Position numbers and translations under genes: made by a program. Under the pieces are notes generated by a model. It saw only the letters and a list, made by a program, of their open reading frames with translations, was not told where the DNA came from and made no database searches. From Escherichia coli (lineage in GTDB: Bacteria > Pseudomonadota > Gammaproteobacteria > Enterobacterales > Enterobacteriaceae), in NCBI RefSeq assembly GCF_030384885.1, contig NZ_CP128614.1: a DNA stretch of 64,000 nt; one strand, 5' to 3'. This document shows, in pieces, positions 31,221-41,630 of the stretch. Every line of letters starts with the position of its first letter. Within the stretch, counting starts at the first letter, position 1.

Positions 31221-33176
31221 TTATACGACCTGCCTGACCATCCTCATCAGAAGGCGGTTTAACAGTCCTTTCGCTGTCGGGCGATTGCTATCGACATAGT
31301 AAAAACCTGTTTTGGTCGTACCGTGAGCACTGCTCAGCACCCTCAGTTCCCAGATAACGTCACGGATAACGCCGCCATTTTCTGGCTTAAGGCATTCAGA
31401 TAAATGGCGCATGAAACGAGCTCTTACGGCACGGTAATAGCGGAACTCCTCTGGCTGGTTAGTATTTTCTTTCACCCGGAGTCGCTGGTTACACAGAGTT
31501 AGAACTGCATCCATCATTCCCGCCTTCAGCTTCGCCTGGATCGCACCTTGTTGCTGTTCCCTCTCACCTTCGAGTAACGTTAAGATTCTTTCTCCGAGTG
31601 CCGTCTTGTTGTGTACGTGCAACTGTACACAGGCAGCTACGCATGCCCAGAATCTGAACTTTTTTATCTGTCCACGCAATTTCCGGGCTACAACCTGACG
31701 GTATGCAGTATCGCTGAGTATTTTAAAACGCCGACTGGCAACCAGCTCTGGAAGCGACACTCTTTCGCCTATCCCCAGGCGGGAAAAGGTTTGTCCCCGT
31801 TGTGCGAGACGATGATAGACAGCGCCCTTCCCTTTTGAAATTCGGACCGCGCCATAACGAAGAAGATACTGAGCAGCAGTCGTTGGAGTAAACTCACCGT
31901 CAGCGATGCTCTGGCGTAACCCGTCGTATTCATGCCAGATAATCCAGGACGCCGTATCTTCTTCAACAGTCAGCTCATCCTCTTCCTCGAATGCCACGAC
32001 GACAGAACTGCTCTCTCCGGTCTTTAGGCTACGTGAAGCCCTGGGGTCAGCCTGCCCGTCAAAATAGGTCATCAGCGGCAACGTATCAGTCAGTCCATCA
32101 TAAGCTGTACCGAACCGGCCTCCGGGCAGTTTCATCCAGAGTGGAGCTGGCATTGGTGTACGGGCCACAGGCAGCATGTCAGGCTCATCCTCAAGAAGGT
32201 CCAGATCGGCCTCTTCCCAGACTCTGCGATAGATCTCAATTGCCCGAAACGGGCGAGGGTTGAAACAGTGCAACGACCAGAGGAAATCAACGTGGATCAC
32301 GTTTGCTTCATGTACAAGCCGAAATTGTGGCTCAGCCATACGACGGTTATAAGCCGTATCGTCCACCTCGCCGGAAAGTAGCTTTCTGCGATGCTTTGCC
32401 GCACGTCTGGCTTCAACATAATCAAGGCTGCAACAGACATGAAAAAGACGTTCAGTCAGGGACGAAGAAAAGATATTGGGTTGAAGACGCACATACCCGC
32501 CTTCGAACACTTTACGACCGATATAATCCCGCAGGCTCCAGTCGTACTGGATCTTAGAAAGAAATCGCTGAAGACGACTTAGGCCTGCCTGATAACCATA
32601 TTTCTCAGGGTCAGTGCGAAGGAGCGTTTCCATTGAATGGTCAACCCCTACGGCTGTGCAAAGCGAGCACCCATATCTAGCCCCACAAGCTGAGGTTCGC
32701 GTGGGTTTCTCCGGCGACCAGATACACTCTCCGGTGGCGTCTTTATAAAGCGTTGCCAGGCTGAAGTTATCCGGCATAAAGCTTGGTAAAGGGAAGCGGG
32801 ATTCGGAACCACAGGCCATTAGAAAAGACCAGATGTCCTGAGTGCGCCACTCCTTTACTGGATAGAGTTCACCACCGTGCTCAGTCAGGGTTACTTTCCT
32901 CGCCTGCCCTCCCATTTTGAGGATATTTCCGGCCCTTCGGGCACTTTCATCATCCCTGGAGCCCAGCATCAGGCATACCCTGCTTCGTACGGATGCCGGG
33001 GCGTTTTTTAGATAACGAGCTTTGGCCTTGCGCAGGGGGGCGATTTTGTAGTCACAAACTACTACCACACTGTTACAGTGTAGAAATTCTGGAAGGCGGT
33101 GCCAGTGTTGGTTTAGGATAATGTTAACAATTTTTCCAGAGTTTTCAGAGAAAAGAGATTTTGAGTGACAAACCAC
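31221..33176 (-). pseudogene. PAPS-reductase-family (DndC/IbrA-like) gene lacking its N-terminal P-loop region
   Basis: 651-aa ORF with GSRDDESARR, EWRTQDIW and CGARYGCSLC motifs of the PAPS-reductase fold but no SGGKDS P-loop; in-frame stop 6 codons upstream of the annotated GTG start (read directly), so the N-terminal part is not encoded here. Confidence 0.5.
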
Positions 33177-33418
33177 TGATGTTTTCCAGAATCACTTTCT
33201 CTTAGAAGATCGATAAAGTCTGTCTATGGGGAGGATCGTCTCCCAGGGTGAAGTCAGTCCACTTCACCGAGTTGCTTCCCCATCGGTGGGTTCTTCAAAA
33301 GGGCAACATGGCCGCCCTCCAGAGGTGAACGTACCTTATGCCTATGTACCAAGCCTTAGATTCCTGATAGTTCTAAGGGCGAGAAATAGCAAACTTACTT
33401 GAAAATTGACTCTGAAAT

Positions 33419-34525
33419 TCAAGCTTCAGCTAGAATAAACTTCCGTTGCTCATCTTCGCATTTATAACATGCGAAATATTTGATTGTTTCCATATCACCA
33501 GTCACATACTCATCACAATGTGGACAGTTAACTGCTGACCATCCTCTATCAAAGCATGAAACACAACTCCACTGACCTTCAATATAGAAAACTGAATTTG
33601 GAGCGTGCTGACATACGTGACAACCAGCGACACATTCGCCACCTTCCTCCCACCAATCATCACCCGTTACATATATGTCGCGACACAATTTTATTAAGAT
33701 ATTTGTGGTGATCTCATGAGCACATTGTGGACATTTATTGATGTCAGGACTGAAAAATTCGAATGGTACTTTACAGTTTGGGCAAGGCAAAGTATCAGTG
33801 ACTTGCTCTACCGCAACGCCCTGCGATTCGCAAACAAGACATTCATAATCATCTCCCCATTTATGAGTATCATTAACTTTACCGGCTTCAAGGCCACATT
33901 GACGGCACTTAACTATTTTAATTTTTTTTAATCTTAAGACGTCAATTTCCTTTGAAAGCTCATTGAATCGGGTGCTGAGGAACTCTTTTTGTTGCAGCAT
34001 TCTCTTATGCACACGCTCAAACTCTTCCTTAAATTTAATAAATTCATCTTTCCATTCAATAGTGAGTAAATTATATAAATGGTGCCATGAAGACCATTGT
34101 TGAGCTACAACCCCTGCTTTATTAGCTTGAGCGCTTGAATATCCAGTGTGTGCAAAGTGAACAATTTGGTTCCTATGCGCACCTAACGTTCTGAACTCAT
34201 CAAGGATACTGTCATCAAGTTTAATGCCAATAACAGTTTTAAGACGTTGAACAGCGTCACTAAAATACACAGAATTAAAGTCACCAACGCTAAATTTTTG
34301 TTTATTAGCTTTGCCAGGATCATCTAATATTAAAGTCCAATGTTCGAGCATTAACCTTGCTTTTAAGAAAAGTTCAATGGCTGTATAGAAATCAACAATC
34401 GAATTTTTGGGTCTTATATTTAAATCATCAATTGACGACTCAAGAAAATCTATAGCATTTATCACTAAAGAATCAAAAAGTTGTTCATTGCTCTGTACTG
34501 TTTGCTTAATGTATGTGCGTGCCAT
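33419..34525 (-). CDS. multi-Cys zinc-ribbon protein, unknown function
   Basis: 368-aa ORF; helical N-terminal half; C-terminal half has at least six CxxC pairs (CRQC, CLVC, CPNC, CPQC, CHVC, CVSC, CPHC, CYKC); very AT-rich coding sequence. Confidence 0.5.
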   Translation of the reverse strand: MARTYIKQTVQSNEQLFDSLVINAIDFLESSIDDLNIRPKNSIVDFYTAIELFLKARLMLEHWTLILDDPGKANKQKFSVGDFNSVYFSDAVQRLKTVIGIKLDDSILDEFRTLGAHRNQIVHFAHTGYSSAQANKAGVVAQQWSSWHHLYNLLTIEWKDEFIKFKEEFERVHKRMLQQKEFLSTRFNELSKEIDVLRLKKIKIVKCRQCGLEAGKVNDTHKWGDDYECLVCESQGVAVEQVTDTLPCPNCKVPFEFFSPDINKCPQCAHEITTNILIKLCRDIYVTGDDWWEEGGECVAGCHVCQHAPNSVFYIEGQWSCVSCFDRGWSAVNCPHCDEYVTGDMETIKYFACYKCEDEQRKFILAEA

Positions 34526-35023
34526 AATGCCTCTTGATTATATTGCCCTTCGAATGTTGAACATTATATCTTTAGAGGCAATATTTTGTCACATCCCACG
34601 ATATTTTGGAGCTGAATTATTTGATCAGGCTTACACAATCTTTCTTCTCTATCCCCATTTACCTTTTGCTCTGTTACCTGCGTTGAAATGGTTGATGACC
34701 CACTAATACTGTACTCTGCCTCTTGTATAAATACATTTCAACATAAGATTGGCAAAGTAATCCTCCATAGTAGCTGCTTGAGTGGTTGATTGTCGGAATA
34801 GTGCATAGCCATTTTGGTCAGCAGAAAGCGCTGTTACCGAATGACTTGATCGTAGTACGTGTCTACTCGCCTACCAGAACTGCTGTCCTCTCATCAACTA
34901 TCTGTATAGGACCATTTGAAACATCAGATATATTTTCAGAAATCTCCTGTTAGCGTGATGGTGACTATCTTAGCTGAGAAGGATTACGAATATATTCTTA
35001 CATCATATTCTTTGAGGTGAAAG

Positions 35024-36247
35024 CTATCTATAATTTTCCAGATAGCAAGTGTCTTTGAATGCATTATAATTGCCAATTTCTTGGTTTATTTCAATTTCAT
35101 AATCTAAGCTGACAATAGGTATTTCAACACCATTTAATAAAAGAGACTCTTGATTTTTCTTCCATTTTTTGTTTTCATTCCATGCTAATTCACTTTTGTT
35201 CTCGGGGTCTCCCATTACTTCAATTTTGATACCTTTTAAAGTAAATGTACAATAAAATGATTTGATGTTTTCTGATGTGGTTTTAAACAACTCCCCTTTG
35301 ATACCAGGGTTGATTAACTTGCATATTTCATTAGCCCCTTTCTCCGTTGTTATGATATCAATATCATTTGCATAAATTTGAACGCCTTGTAAGTACCTAT
35401 TAGCCCCACCAGTTATACTCCAATCCTCCTCAATCGGTTGGAGTAATAATGTTAATTCTGTAATTGCGTCGATCAATTGTTTGCTTTGAAAGTTATTTTT
35501 ATTATAAAGCCGTTGAGCCCAGGTTTGTTTTATTTGCATACTGTGTTTTAAATAAATTGCATTATTAATGCTTGGAGCTGTAAATATCTCATGTTCGTAT
35601 TTAGAATATATGTAAGATAGATATTCTGGTGCTTTGCGATTATTAATCTCTATGAATCCATCTATTTTTTTCATCTCATTGTGGGCGTTGAAAAAACCTG
35701 ACACTTCTGAGAATAAATTATAGAAATTATTTATGACTAGCATCCCAAATATGGCGCGGCTATACTGAAAATCTAAATTATCAGTCAGCGTGGTATACAT
35801 AATAATAATTATACTAACTAGTAGTAGTATTGTTAGTAATAAATAGAATAACTTCTGCTGGAAAGCTTTAATATATAAGATAGAGTTCCAGTATGCATTC
35901 TCTTGTATGAGTGTTATTAACCTCTCTGCACGAAAGCCATTTTTATTTTCCGCATTACCATCAATGTAGAGTCGCTCTCGGTAAAAATTTTCCTCGCCTA
36001 TAATACCTCTCAGCATTTCTAATCTTTTTGTTTCTATAGCCTTAGCTGCATACGAAGTTTTAAAATGCATTGCAAACCAAGTGAGGAGTTGTATTATAAA
36101 CGTGAGGGTTGCAATACCGTAGAGCCAATGAGAATTCAAAAAAATCCCGACGATCGATAAGCAGGAAATCATTAATGTTGAATAACTGATAGACTTAGAT
36201 AAAAAGTCAACTCTATCAAAATAAAAACTACTGTTTTTTGATTCCAT
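35024..36247 (-). CDS. membrane-anchored predicted nucleotidyltransferase (4TM N-terminal domain fused to a Pol-beta-like NTase)
   Basis: 407-aa ORF; about four TM helices in the N-terminal 180 aa; C-terminal ITGGANRYLQGVQIYANDIDI fits the minimal nucleotidyltransferase motif hG[GS]-x(9-13)-DhD; AT-rich. Confidence 0.5.
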   Translation of the reverse strand: MESKNSSFYFDRVDFLSKSISYSTLMISCLSIVGIFLNSHWLYGIATLTFIIQLLTWFAMHFKTSYAAKAIETKRLEMLRGIIGEENFYRERLYIDGNAENKNGFRAERLITLIQENAYWNSILYIKAFQQKLFYLLLTILLLVSIIIIMYTTLTDNLDFQYSRAIFGMLVINNFYNLFSEVSGFFNAHNEMKKIDGFIEINNRKAPEYLSYIYSKYEHEIFTAPSINNAIYLKHSMQIKQTWAQRLYNKNNFQSKQLIDAITELTLLLQPIEEDWSITGGANRYLQGVQIYANDIDIITTEKGANEICKLINPGIKGELFKTTSENIKSFYCTFTLKGIKIEVMGDPENKSELAWNENKKWKKNQESLLLNGVEIPIVSLDYEIEINQEIGNYNAFKDTCYLENYR

Positions 36248-36582
36248 TTCTCTATCTTGCTCACTTTTTTTTGTATTTTTACATACGAATTGACAATGTC
36301 AAGATGTAGGGGGAATAATTTGTTCATAACGCATGGGGAGTAAATAGTTCCTATGAACCAATCATGTCATGATTTTCCACATAACGTGGTGTCAACTACA
36401 AGGCATAATAATCTCAGACATTAGTTCGGATGCTTGTCTCGTAAACTCGAGCTTAAACTTTTAATACTTTAATTGTTATGGCTCAGTCGTTACTGAGAAA
36501 GCTAATTTTGTAAAATAACCACCTACCTTACAGGTGCTAACGGATGCGCAAGCCATTGAATTATCTGGAAAATTCAATGAGT

Positions 36583-37053
36583 TCAATGATTATTTTTTTC
36601 TTCTAATTTTTTTATGACATTCCCATGCTTTTTACCACACCATGCTTGTTTCCTACCCATAATAAGCAAAACCATTGGCTCGGTCGCTTTCAGTCCGGTT
36701 CGCCAAGACCTTAGATCAGTACTTGATGGCTGTGGGAAATCTTCGGGATGCGTATGCCATTCGCCCAAATAGACTAGAAAACCGTCTGATTGCTGAAATA
36801 AGTCATCCACTTTTTGCTGGTGATGTTTGCTTTTTCTTTCTATTCGTAATCGCGATCTTATATCACCTGCGCCTGGTTCTGATATGTGGGTGATGACAAT
36901 GTGTTTCCCACGACGTTCTCCAATAAGGATTCCTCCTGCCTCGGTACTGGCATGATGTAATTGACGATATAAATACAACCGCTGCACAACATCACTCATG
37001 ATGACGACATGATTGTAATCATCATCGATAAAAACTAACTCAGTTATGTTCAT
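36583..37053 (-). CDS. cap3: CBASS Cap3 (JAB/JAMM isopeptidase)
   Basis: 156-aa ORF with EWHTHPEDFPQPSSTD (HxHx7Sx2D JAMM motif); overlaps the cap2 stop by 14 bp. Confidence 0.75.
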   Translation of the reverse strand: MNITELVFIDDDYNHVVIMSDVVQRLYLYRQLHHASTEAGGILIGERRGKHIVITHISEPGAGDIRSRLRIERKSKHHQQKVDDLFQQSDGFLVYLGEWHTHPEDFPQPSSTDLRSWRTGLKATEPMVLLIMGRKQAWCGKKHGNVIKKLEEKNNH

Positions 37054-38809
37054 TGCAGATAGGACAGTTAGGCTGATGTGGCAAAAACTGAGGTTTCAGT
37101 GAACGTCCACCTTCTAACATATGCTCGTTGTAAGTCCATTTGAGGTCAGGCTCAAGAGTACTCAAGACTGCCTGTTGAGCCAAAGATGCCGTTATATTAC
37201 TCACCGCCGCATCATAAGATGTGTATGTGCTACCACAACTTTTATTTTTTTCACTTGAGATATCGAGGTTGTAAAATCGGGAATCGATACCATTATGGTA
37301 TTTTGCTGGATTAGTAACCATACATCCATAGCAGCTTCGGCCATCATCGATTAAAACTTTGGATGCTCGTCCATTACCATCATTGAAGGCGTGGATAATA
37401 ATAGGTCTTTGCTCACAGGGAATCTGTCTTACGATAGCCGCAATACGCTTGGAAACAGGAGGTCGACCTGTTGCATCGATAATAATGTCATATTTTTTCA
37501 TAACATCAATACTGATGGGGAATTGCTTATAAAATCCTTCTACTCTGGTCTGTAAATGCACAGAGTCTTGAAGTTTTGTTGCGAGTGAGAGCGCTTTGGA
37601 CCACCCAAAATCATGTGAAGGTAAAATGTGACGACCAAAATTACTAGGACGGTAGATATCATCATCAAATAAATGCAGTAAACCTTTCCCACAACCGGCA
37701 CCGTTTCGGAGTAACAATTCTGCAATATACCCACCAATGGTTCCGCAACCAACTAAAGCTATACGCTTATCGGATAAGCATTCTTTGCTTCTCCTTTGGG
37801 CATTTCGGCTAAGGAGGGTTGCCATATCAGCGCGAACCACACCCAATCGTTTATATGAGGCGCATACATTTTTACCAGCTAACAATGTGGCAAGTTTGGA
37901 CGTTGATTTTTTAGCTGATCTCTTGTGCCTTCTGAAATCAACAGCGTTAGTATTTAACTCAATATAGATGGCAAATATATCTTGATTGAAAATGTCGAAT
38001 AAAAAAATATATCTTTTCTTCCCCTCTGTTGTGATGTAGTGAACCACTCTGTCCCTGGCATTATGGTCCGCATTTTCTAGCCAGTCCAGTAATTCGCGGA
38101 ATGAAGTCGGTGGCCATTTCATCCCAGCAAGACGATTAGGGTTTACAGAAATATAATGAGTGTTGATAGAATAATTTTTCAAAGATTCTTGACGAAGGTA
38201 TCTTTGATTAAGCCATTTTTTTAAAATGGTTTCAGAGTCCTCGGGAGAGGATTCTTGGACAGTTATATATTCTAGCCTGGGAGAACCATCAGGAAATGTT
38301 GACTCTGAAAACAGTGTCTTAAGTCTGATCCCGCGGCTTGCTTTTGATAAAATATATAAACTATCACTAGGTCGCCAGTAAGTTGCAAATTCACCTTCGA
38401 GTTCTCTCTTATCATTCAGGCCATTAGTAGCGGCTAAAACTGAATTAATCAGTGTTCGGTGAATCTGGGCATCGACTTCTTTGTACGTACCCTCAAGGTT
38501 GTTTGGATCCCAATCAGCTTCCAACTGCTCTACATAACAGAGAATTCCTTCTTGGCTTATGTGAGGCATAAGGCGATCTCTGAACTTTTCAGGCAGATCA
38601 ACTATGCAAGCTAATGGCAGTTCCGTAAAAGGATCTGGCCGAATAACTAGTGCTACATTGAAATTTCCGGCTTCGGTTTCATATTCTTTCGTATAATAGC
38701 CTTTCAGGCGTTCCTGACTGTGTAGGAACGCCTTTTCAGGAAGTTTGCGGGCTAGCGTATAGCGATACCCGCACTCTATCATCATTTTATGGAGCCTTCC
38801 TTCCTCCAT
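37040..38809 (-). CDS. cap2: CBASS Cap2 (E1/E2 ubiquitin-like conjugation enzyme fusion)
   Basis: 589-aa ORF; Rossmann/ThiF-like ALVGCGTIGGYIAELLLRNGAG in the C-terminal half; start overlaps the CD-NTase stop. Confidence 0.75.
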   Translation of the reverse strand: MEEGRLHKMMIECGYRYTLARKLPEKAFLHSQERLKGYYTKEYETEAGNFNVALVIRPDPFTELPLACIVDLPEKFRDRLMPHISQEGILCYVEQLEADWDPNNLEGTYKEVDAQIHRTLINSVLAATNGLNDKRELEGEFATYWRPSDSLYILSKASRGIRLKTLFSESTFPDGSPRLEYITVQESSPEDSETILKKWLNQRYLRQESLKNYSINTHYISVNPNRLAGMKWPPTSFRELLDWLENADHNARDRVVHYITTEGKKRYIFLFDIFNQDIFAIYIELNTNAVDFRRHKRSAKKSTSKLATLLAGKNVCASYKRLGVVRADMATLLSRNAQRRSKECLSDKRIALVGCGTIGGYIAELLLRNGAGCGKGLLHLFDDDIYRPSNFGRHILPSHDFGWSKALSLATKLQDSVHLQTRVEGFYKQFPISIDVMKKYDIIIDATGRPPVSKRIAAIVRQIPCEQRPIIIHAFNDGNGRASKVLIDDGRSCYGCMVTNPAKYHNGIDSRFYNLDISSEKNKSCGSTYTSYDAAVSNITASLAQQAVLSTLEPDLKWTYNEHMLEGGRSLKPQFLPHQPNCPICNEHN

Positions 38810-40110
38810 CAGCCGCTTACCATCGTGGTGTTAATTTTTACAGGCGCCTGCTCCTTAGACGGGGAGATTTGAAATGCAGGAGCCGCAGCAATTGAAGTTA
38901 TTAACGAGGCATTAGTTACTCGTTTTCCAAACGCATTGTTTATCTTACGTAATGCTTCTTCCCTGCTACTTGAACTCTCTGCATCAAGCAAAATCCCCTC
39001 TAAATTTCTCATGGTTTCAACGATGGTTCTCTGATGTACGTTATGATCGCATTCGGCAGGGAAAAGTAACTTTTCATCAGTATCGTCGGGACTTTCCAGA
39101 CCGCGACAGAATTCATTAGGTAGTAATCTTGCAACTAGTTTCATCGTCCCTGTGAGGTCTGAACCATTATGTGCTTCTCTGTCGAGGATGTTTACAACTG
39201 CAGCCATCAGGCTAATAGATGAAGGACCTCCCACTTCCCATTGGGCATCTCTCCAGGCCTTCATAAAGCGGCAAATTGAACGGAGATGACCGCCAATACG
39301 CTTGCAACTATCATTAAACCAATCTTCAACAATTTTGGGGTCGCTGATCGACCACCTTCTTGCACCCTGACGCAGCGCTAAATTAACTTTGTCAGGTTCT
39401 ACTAGATATGCCTCGCGCATATCCATGTTTGCTGATAAAGACTCGAACATGGAGTCGGCACTTTTTATGATGTGTGCTGAATCGGCTGCAGTTTGTTTGG
39501 TCTGAAATTGCTCTTTGGGGATCGCATACATCGGTACGTCGATGTGTGTTTTCTCGTGAGGAATTTTGATGCGTCCGCAGGTGTTTTTTTCTTCATATAC
39601 CCATCCATCGTTTTCAGCCTCTAACGATTTCAGTGACGTATCAACGAGCAGAAGAAGTAAGGTGTGCCCAATACTGGGTTCGGATTCAAAGACCGTCATT
39701 GGCATGTAGGTGCCGTCATCGATATCCATTTCCTGACCCGGGTGAAAAGGTCTGTTTAACGTATCGTATTGAAAACTCCCTTGGGTCCAGAAGCGAGGTT
39801 GAAATTTGATGAAGTCATCACGAGCTACATCTTCCATTTCAAAAATGAGTCGAGCGAGAGTCTCACGGTCTGAGGGAGAGAGGTAGCGAACATTAGTTTG
39901 CTCCAGTTTAAATCTAACGCTTTCAAGCGTCAGAGTTTGCTTTCTGGCGTCTGTAGCAATTTGACGAGCTTCTTTAAACACATCCCTCGTTCTTTCACGG
40001 ACTTTCTGGCGAAGTGCTTTCAGTTTGTCGGATTCAGTCTTACCCAATTTTAGTTTACTGATTAAGCCATCCACACTATGGCTGTAGTAATTGTTAAAAT
40101 CCCAACGCAT
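38809..40110 (-). CDS. dncV: CD-NTase, DncV-like cyclic dinucleotide synthase
   Basis: 433-aa ORF; NTase motif QGSFQYDTLNRPFHPGQEMDIDDG; long stretches match Vibrio cholerae DncV as recalled (MRxxWNFxxYY N-terminus, RFWTQGSFQYDTLNRPF, C-terminal NxAFGxRVTN...STMVSG). Confidence 0.85.
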   Translation of the reverse strand: MRWDFNNYYSHSVDGLISKLKLGKTESDKLKALRQKVRERTRDVFKEARQIATDARKQTLTLESVRFKLEQTNVRYLSPSDRETLARLIFEMEDVARDDFIKFQPRFWTQGSFQYDTLNRPFHPGQEMDIDDGTYMPMTVFESEPSIGHTLLLLLVDTSLKSLEAENDGWVYEEKNTCGRIKIPHEKTHIDVPMYAIPKEQFQTKQTAADSAHIIKSADSMFESLSANMDMREAYLVEPDKVNLALRQGARRWSISDPKIVEDWFNDSCKRIGGHLRSICRFMKAWRDAQWEVGGPSSISLMAAVVNILDREAHNGSDLTGTMKLVARLLPNEFCRGLESPDDTDEKLLFPAECDHNVHQRTIVETMRNLEGILLDAESSSSREEALRKINNAFGKRVTNASLITSIAAAPAFQISPSKEQAPVKINTTMVSG

Positions 40111-41180
40111 CAGTGGATCTCCTGCGCATTCATGCGCTTAAAGGGTTTTGCGGGAGTAGTGAAAAAATTCTTAAGCTTCTGATCTTGAGCGAACTCAACA
40201 TTGGCGAGCTGCCTTCCCCTTGCGCTTAAATTTTCAAGGGAACTCTTCGTGGCATTATCCAGGGTGATATCACTGGCTGCTTCATTGGGGATAATTTCAT
40301 CCAGGTAGATGTAGTTATCCACCGCGTCATGGAGCATAAGCTCACGCTGTAGCATATTTTTATGAAGATGCTGGTTAGCTGTCATGGTTGTAAGCACCAG
40401 CCGTTTTCCCATACCCCAGAGACGACAGTAGCCATTCCACCATGTTTTGCTCAACAACTTTGGACTAAGTGAATACTCTTCACCAACAGTACCGATATTA
40501 AGTATATGTATGTCTTTATGGGTGACGCTGAAGTCAGAATTCATATCCCTGAAAACTTCCAGAAGTCCTATGTAGCTGGGGTTGTTTGCGACCAGACCAC
40601 CATCGGCAAAATATGCGCGGAGATCCTCACAATAGTGTGGGGAAAAATACGTTGGCGCGGCTGAGGTTGCCAGTGCGGCATCTATCAATTTAAGAGGCCC
40701 ATCACGAGTAAAATCTGGGTTGTGTGGTGTCTTGAAAAACTGCGGTTTTCCTGTTGAAAGGTTTACTGCCGGGATCATTACTCGCCGGGTTAGGTCATTG
40801 AATGTGGTTTCAGCCCCAATCATTTCTTGAATTGTTTCGCGAAGAGGATGGCTGCGGTAGATAGGAGCACAAAGTGATCTAAGCAAGTTGGTCAGGGACC
40901 ATCTTTTGGGAAAAATGTCATTCGCCCTATCGAAGAACACTCGTTCCAGCTCACGGGCACTTTTTCCTGTAGCAAGGCCGAGAGCTAATATGCCGCCTAT
41001 TGATGTCCCTGTAATGAGGTCAAAATAATCGCCAATTTTAATATCCTGATTAGGGTATTTGCTGGCAAGTATCCTCTCAATCTCAGAAAGGACACTGATC
41101 GTAAACATTCCCCTGGCCCCCCCGCCATTAAGACTTAGTATCCGCACGCCATAGTGATTTCCTGCACTTATGTCAGACAT
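40110..41180 (-). CDS. capV: CBASS effector CapV (patatin-like phospholipase)
   Basis: 356-aa ORF with patatin motifs GGGARG (oxyanion), GTSIGG (GxSxG nucleophile) and DGG; stop overlaps the dncV start. Confidence 0.85.
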   Translation of the reverse strand: MSDISAGNHYGVRILSLNGGGARGMFTISVLSEIERILASKYPNQDIKIGDYFDLITGTSIGGILALGLATGKSARELERVFFDRANDIFPKRWSLTNLLRSLCAPIYRSHPLRETIQEMIGAETTFNDLTRRVMIPAVNLSTGKPQFFKTPHNPDFTRDGPLKLIDAALATSAAPTYFSPHYCEDLRAYFADGGLVANNPSYIGLLEVFRDMNSDFSVTHKDIHILNIGTVGEEYSLSPKLLSKTWWNGYCRLWGMGKRLVLTTMTANQHLHKNMLQRELMLHDAVDNYIYLDEIIPNEAASDITLDNATKSSLENLSARGRQLANVEFAQDQKLKNFFTTPAKPFKRMNAQEIH

Positions 41181-41630
41181 AGCCAGCTCCCCTCGGAAAG
41201 ATAGCTATAAGATATGTCCGCTTTTGTAGTTTTCAATGTACAAATAACCAGCAAATTTGAAATATGGTTAAAATAACTGCGTTATGGAAATTAATTGAAT
41301 ATTAATTCTTATTTTTGTTTTCCTGATGGAATTAAAATCTAAGTATGTCATTTTCTGGCTAATTTTACGAAAGGAAAATCCATGGCACATGCAGCCATCA
41401 CCTCACTCAGTCTTGGCTACATGAAACAATCTTGGTGTTATCACCGGTGAGCAAGGAATTGAGAGCTAAGCCTTGAAACAGAGGCATATGTGGGAAAGTC
41501 AGTGGAAAAAATGATGGATCCTAATCTCCCTGTTCAATCGTAACGAATTATCGCCCTTTACTCTTTTCCAGATCCGACTTGGATGTTGTTCATCCAGGCC
41601 GCTAAACGTTGCTGTCGCCGGGCCATCTCG

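Noticed and set aside
14976-33176. The ParB-like gene and the PAPS-reductase-like gene forming an IbrB/IbrA-type pair
   Set aside because: The two genes are about 15 kb apart and separated by many unrelated genes and two IS elements, so a functional pairing cannot be supported from this window.
41180-41630. Expected hipA downstream of the HipB-like gene
   Set aside because: No ORF of kinase size is present; the interval is 450 bp of non-coding sequence followed by capV.
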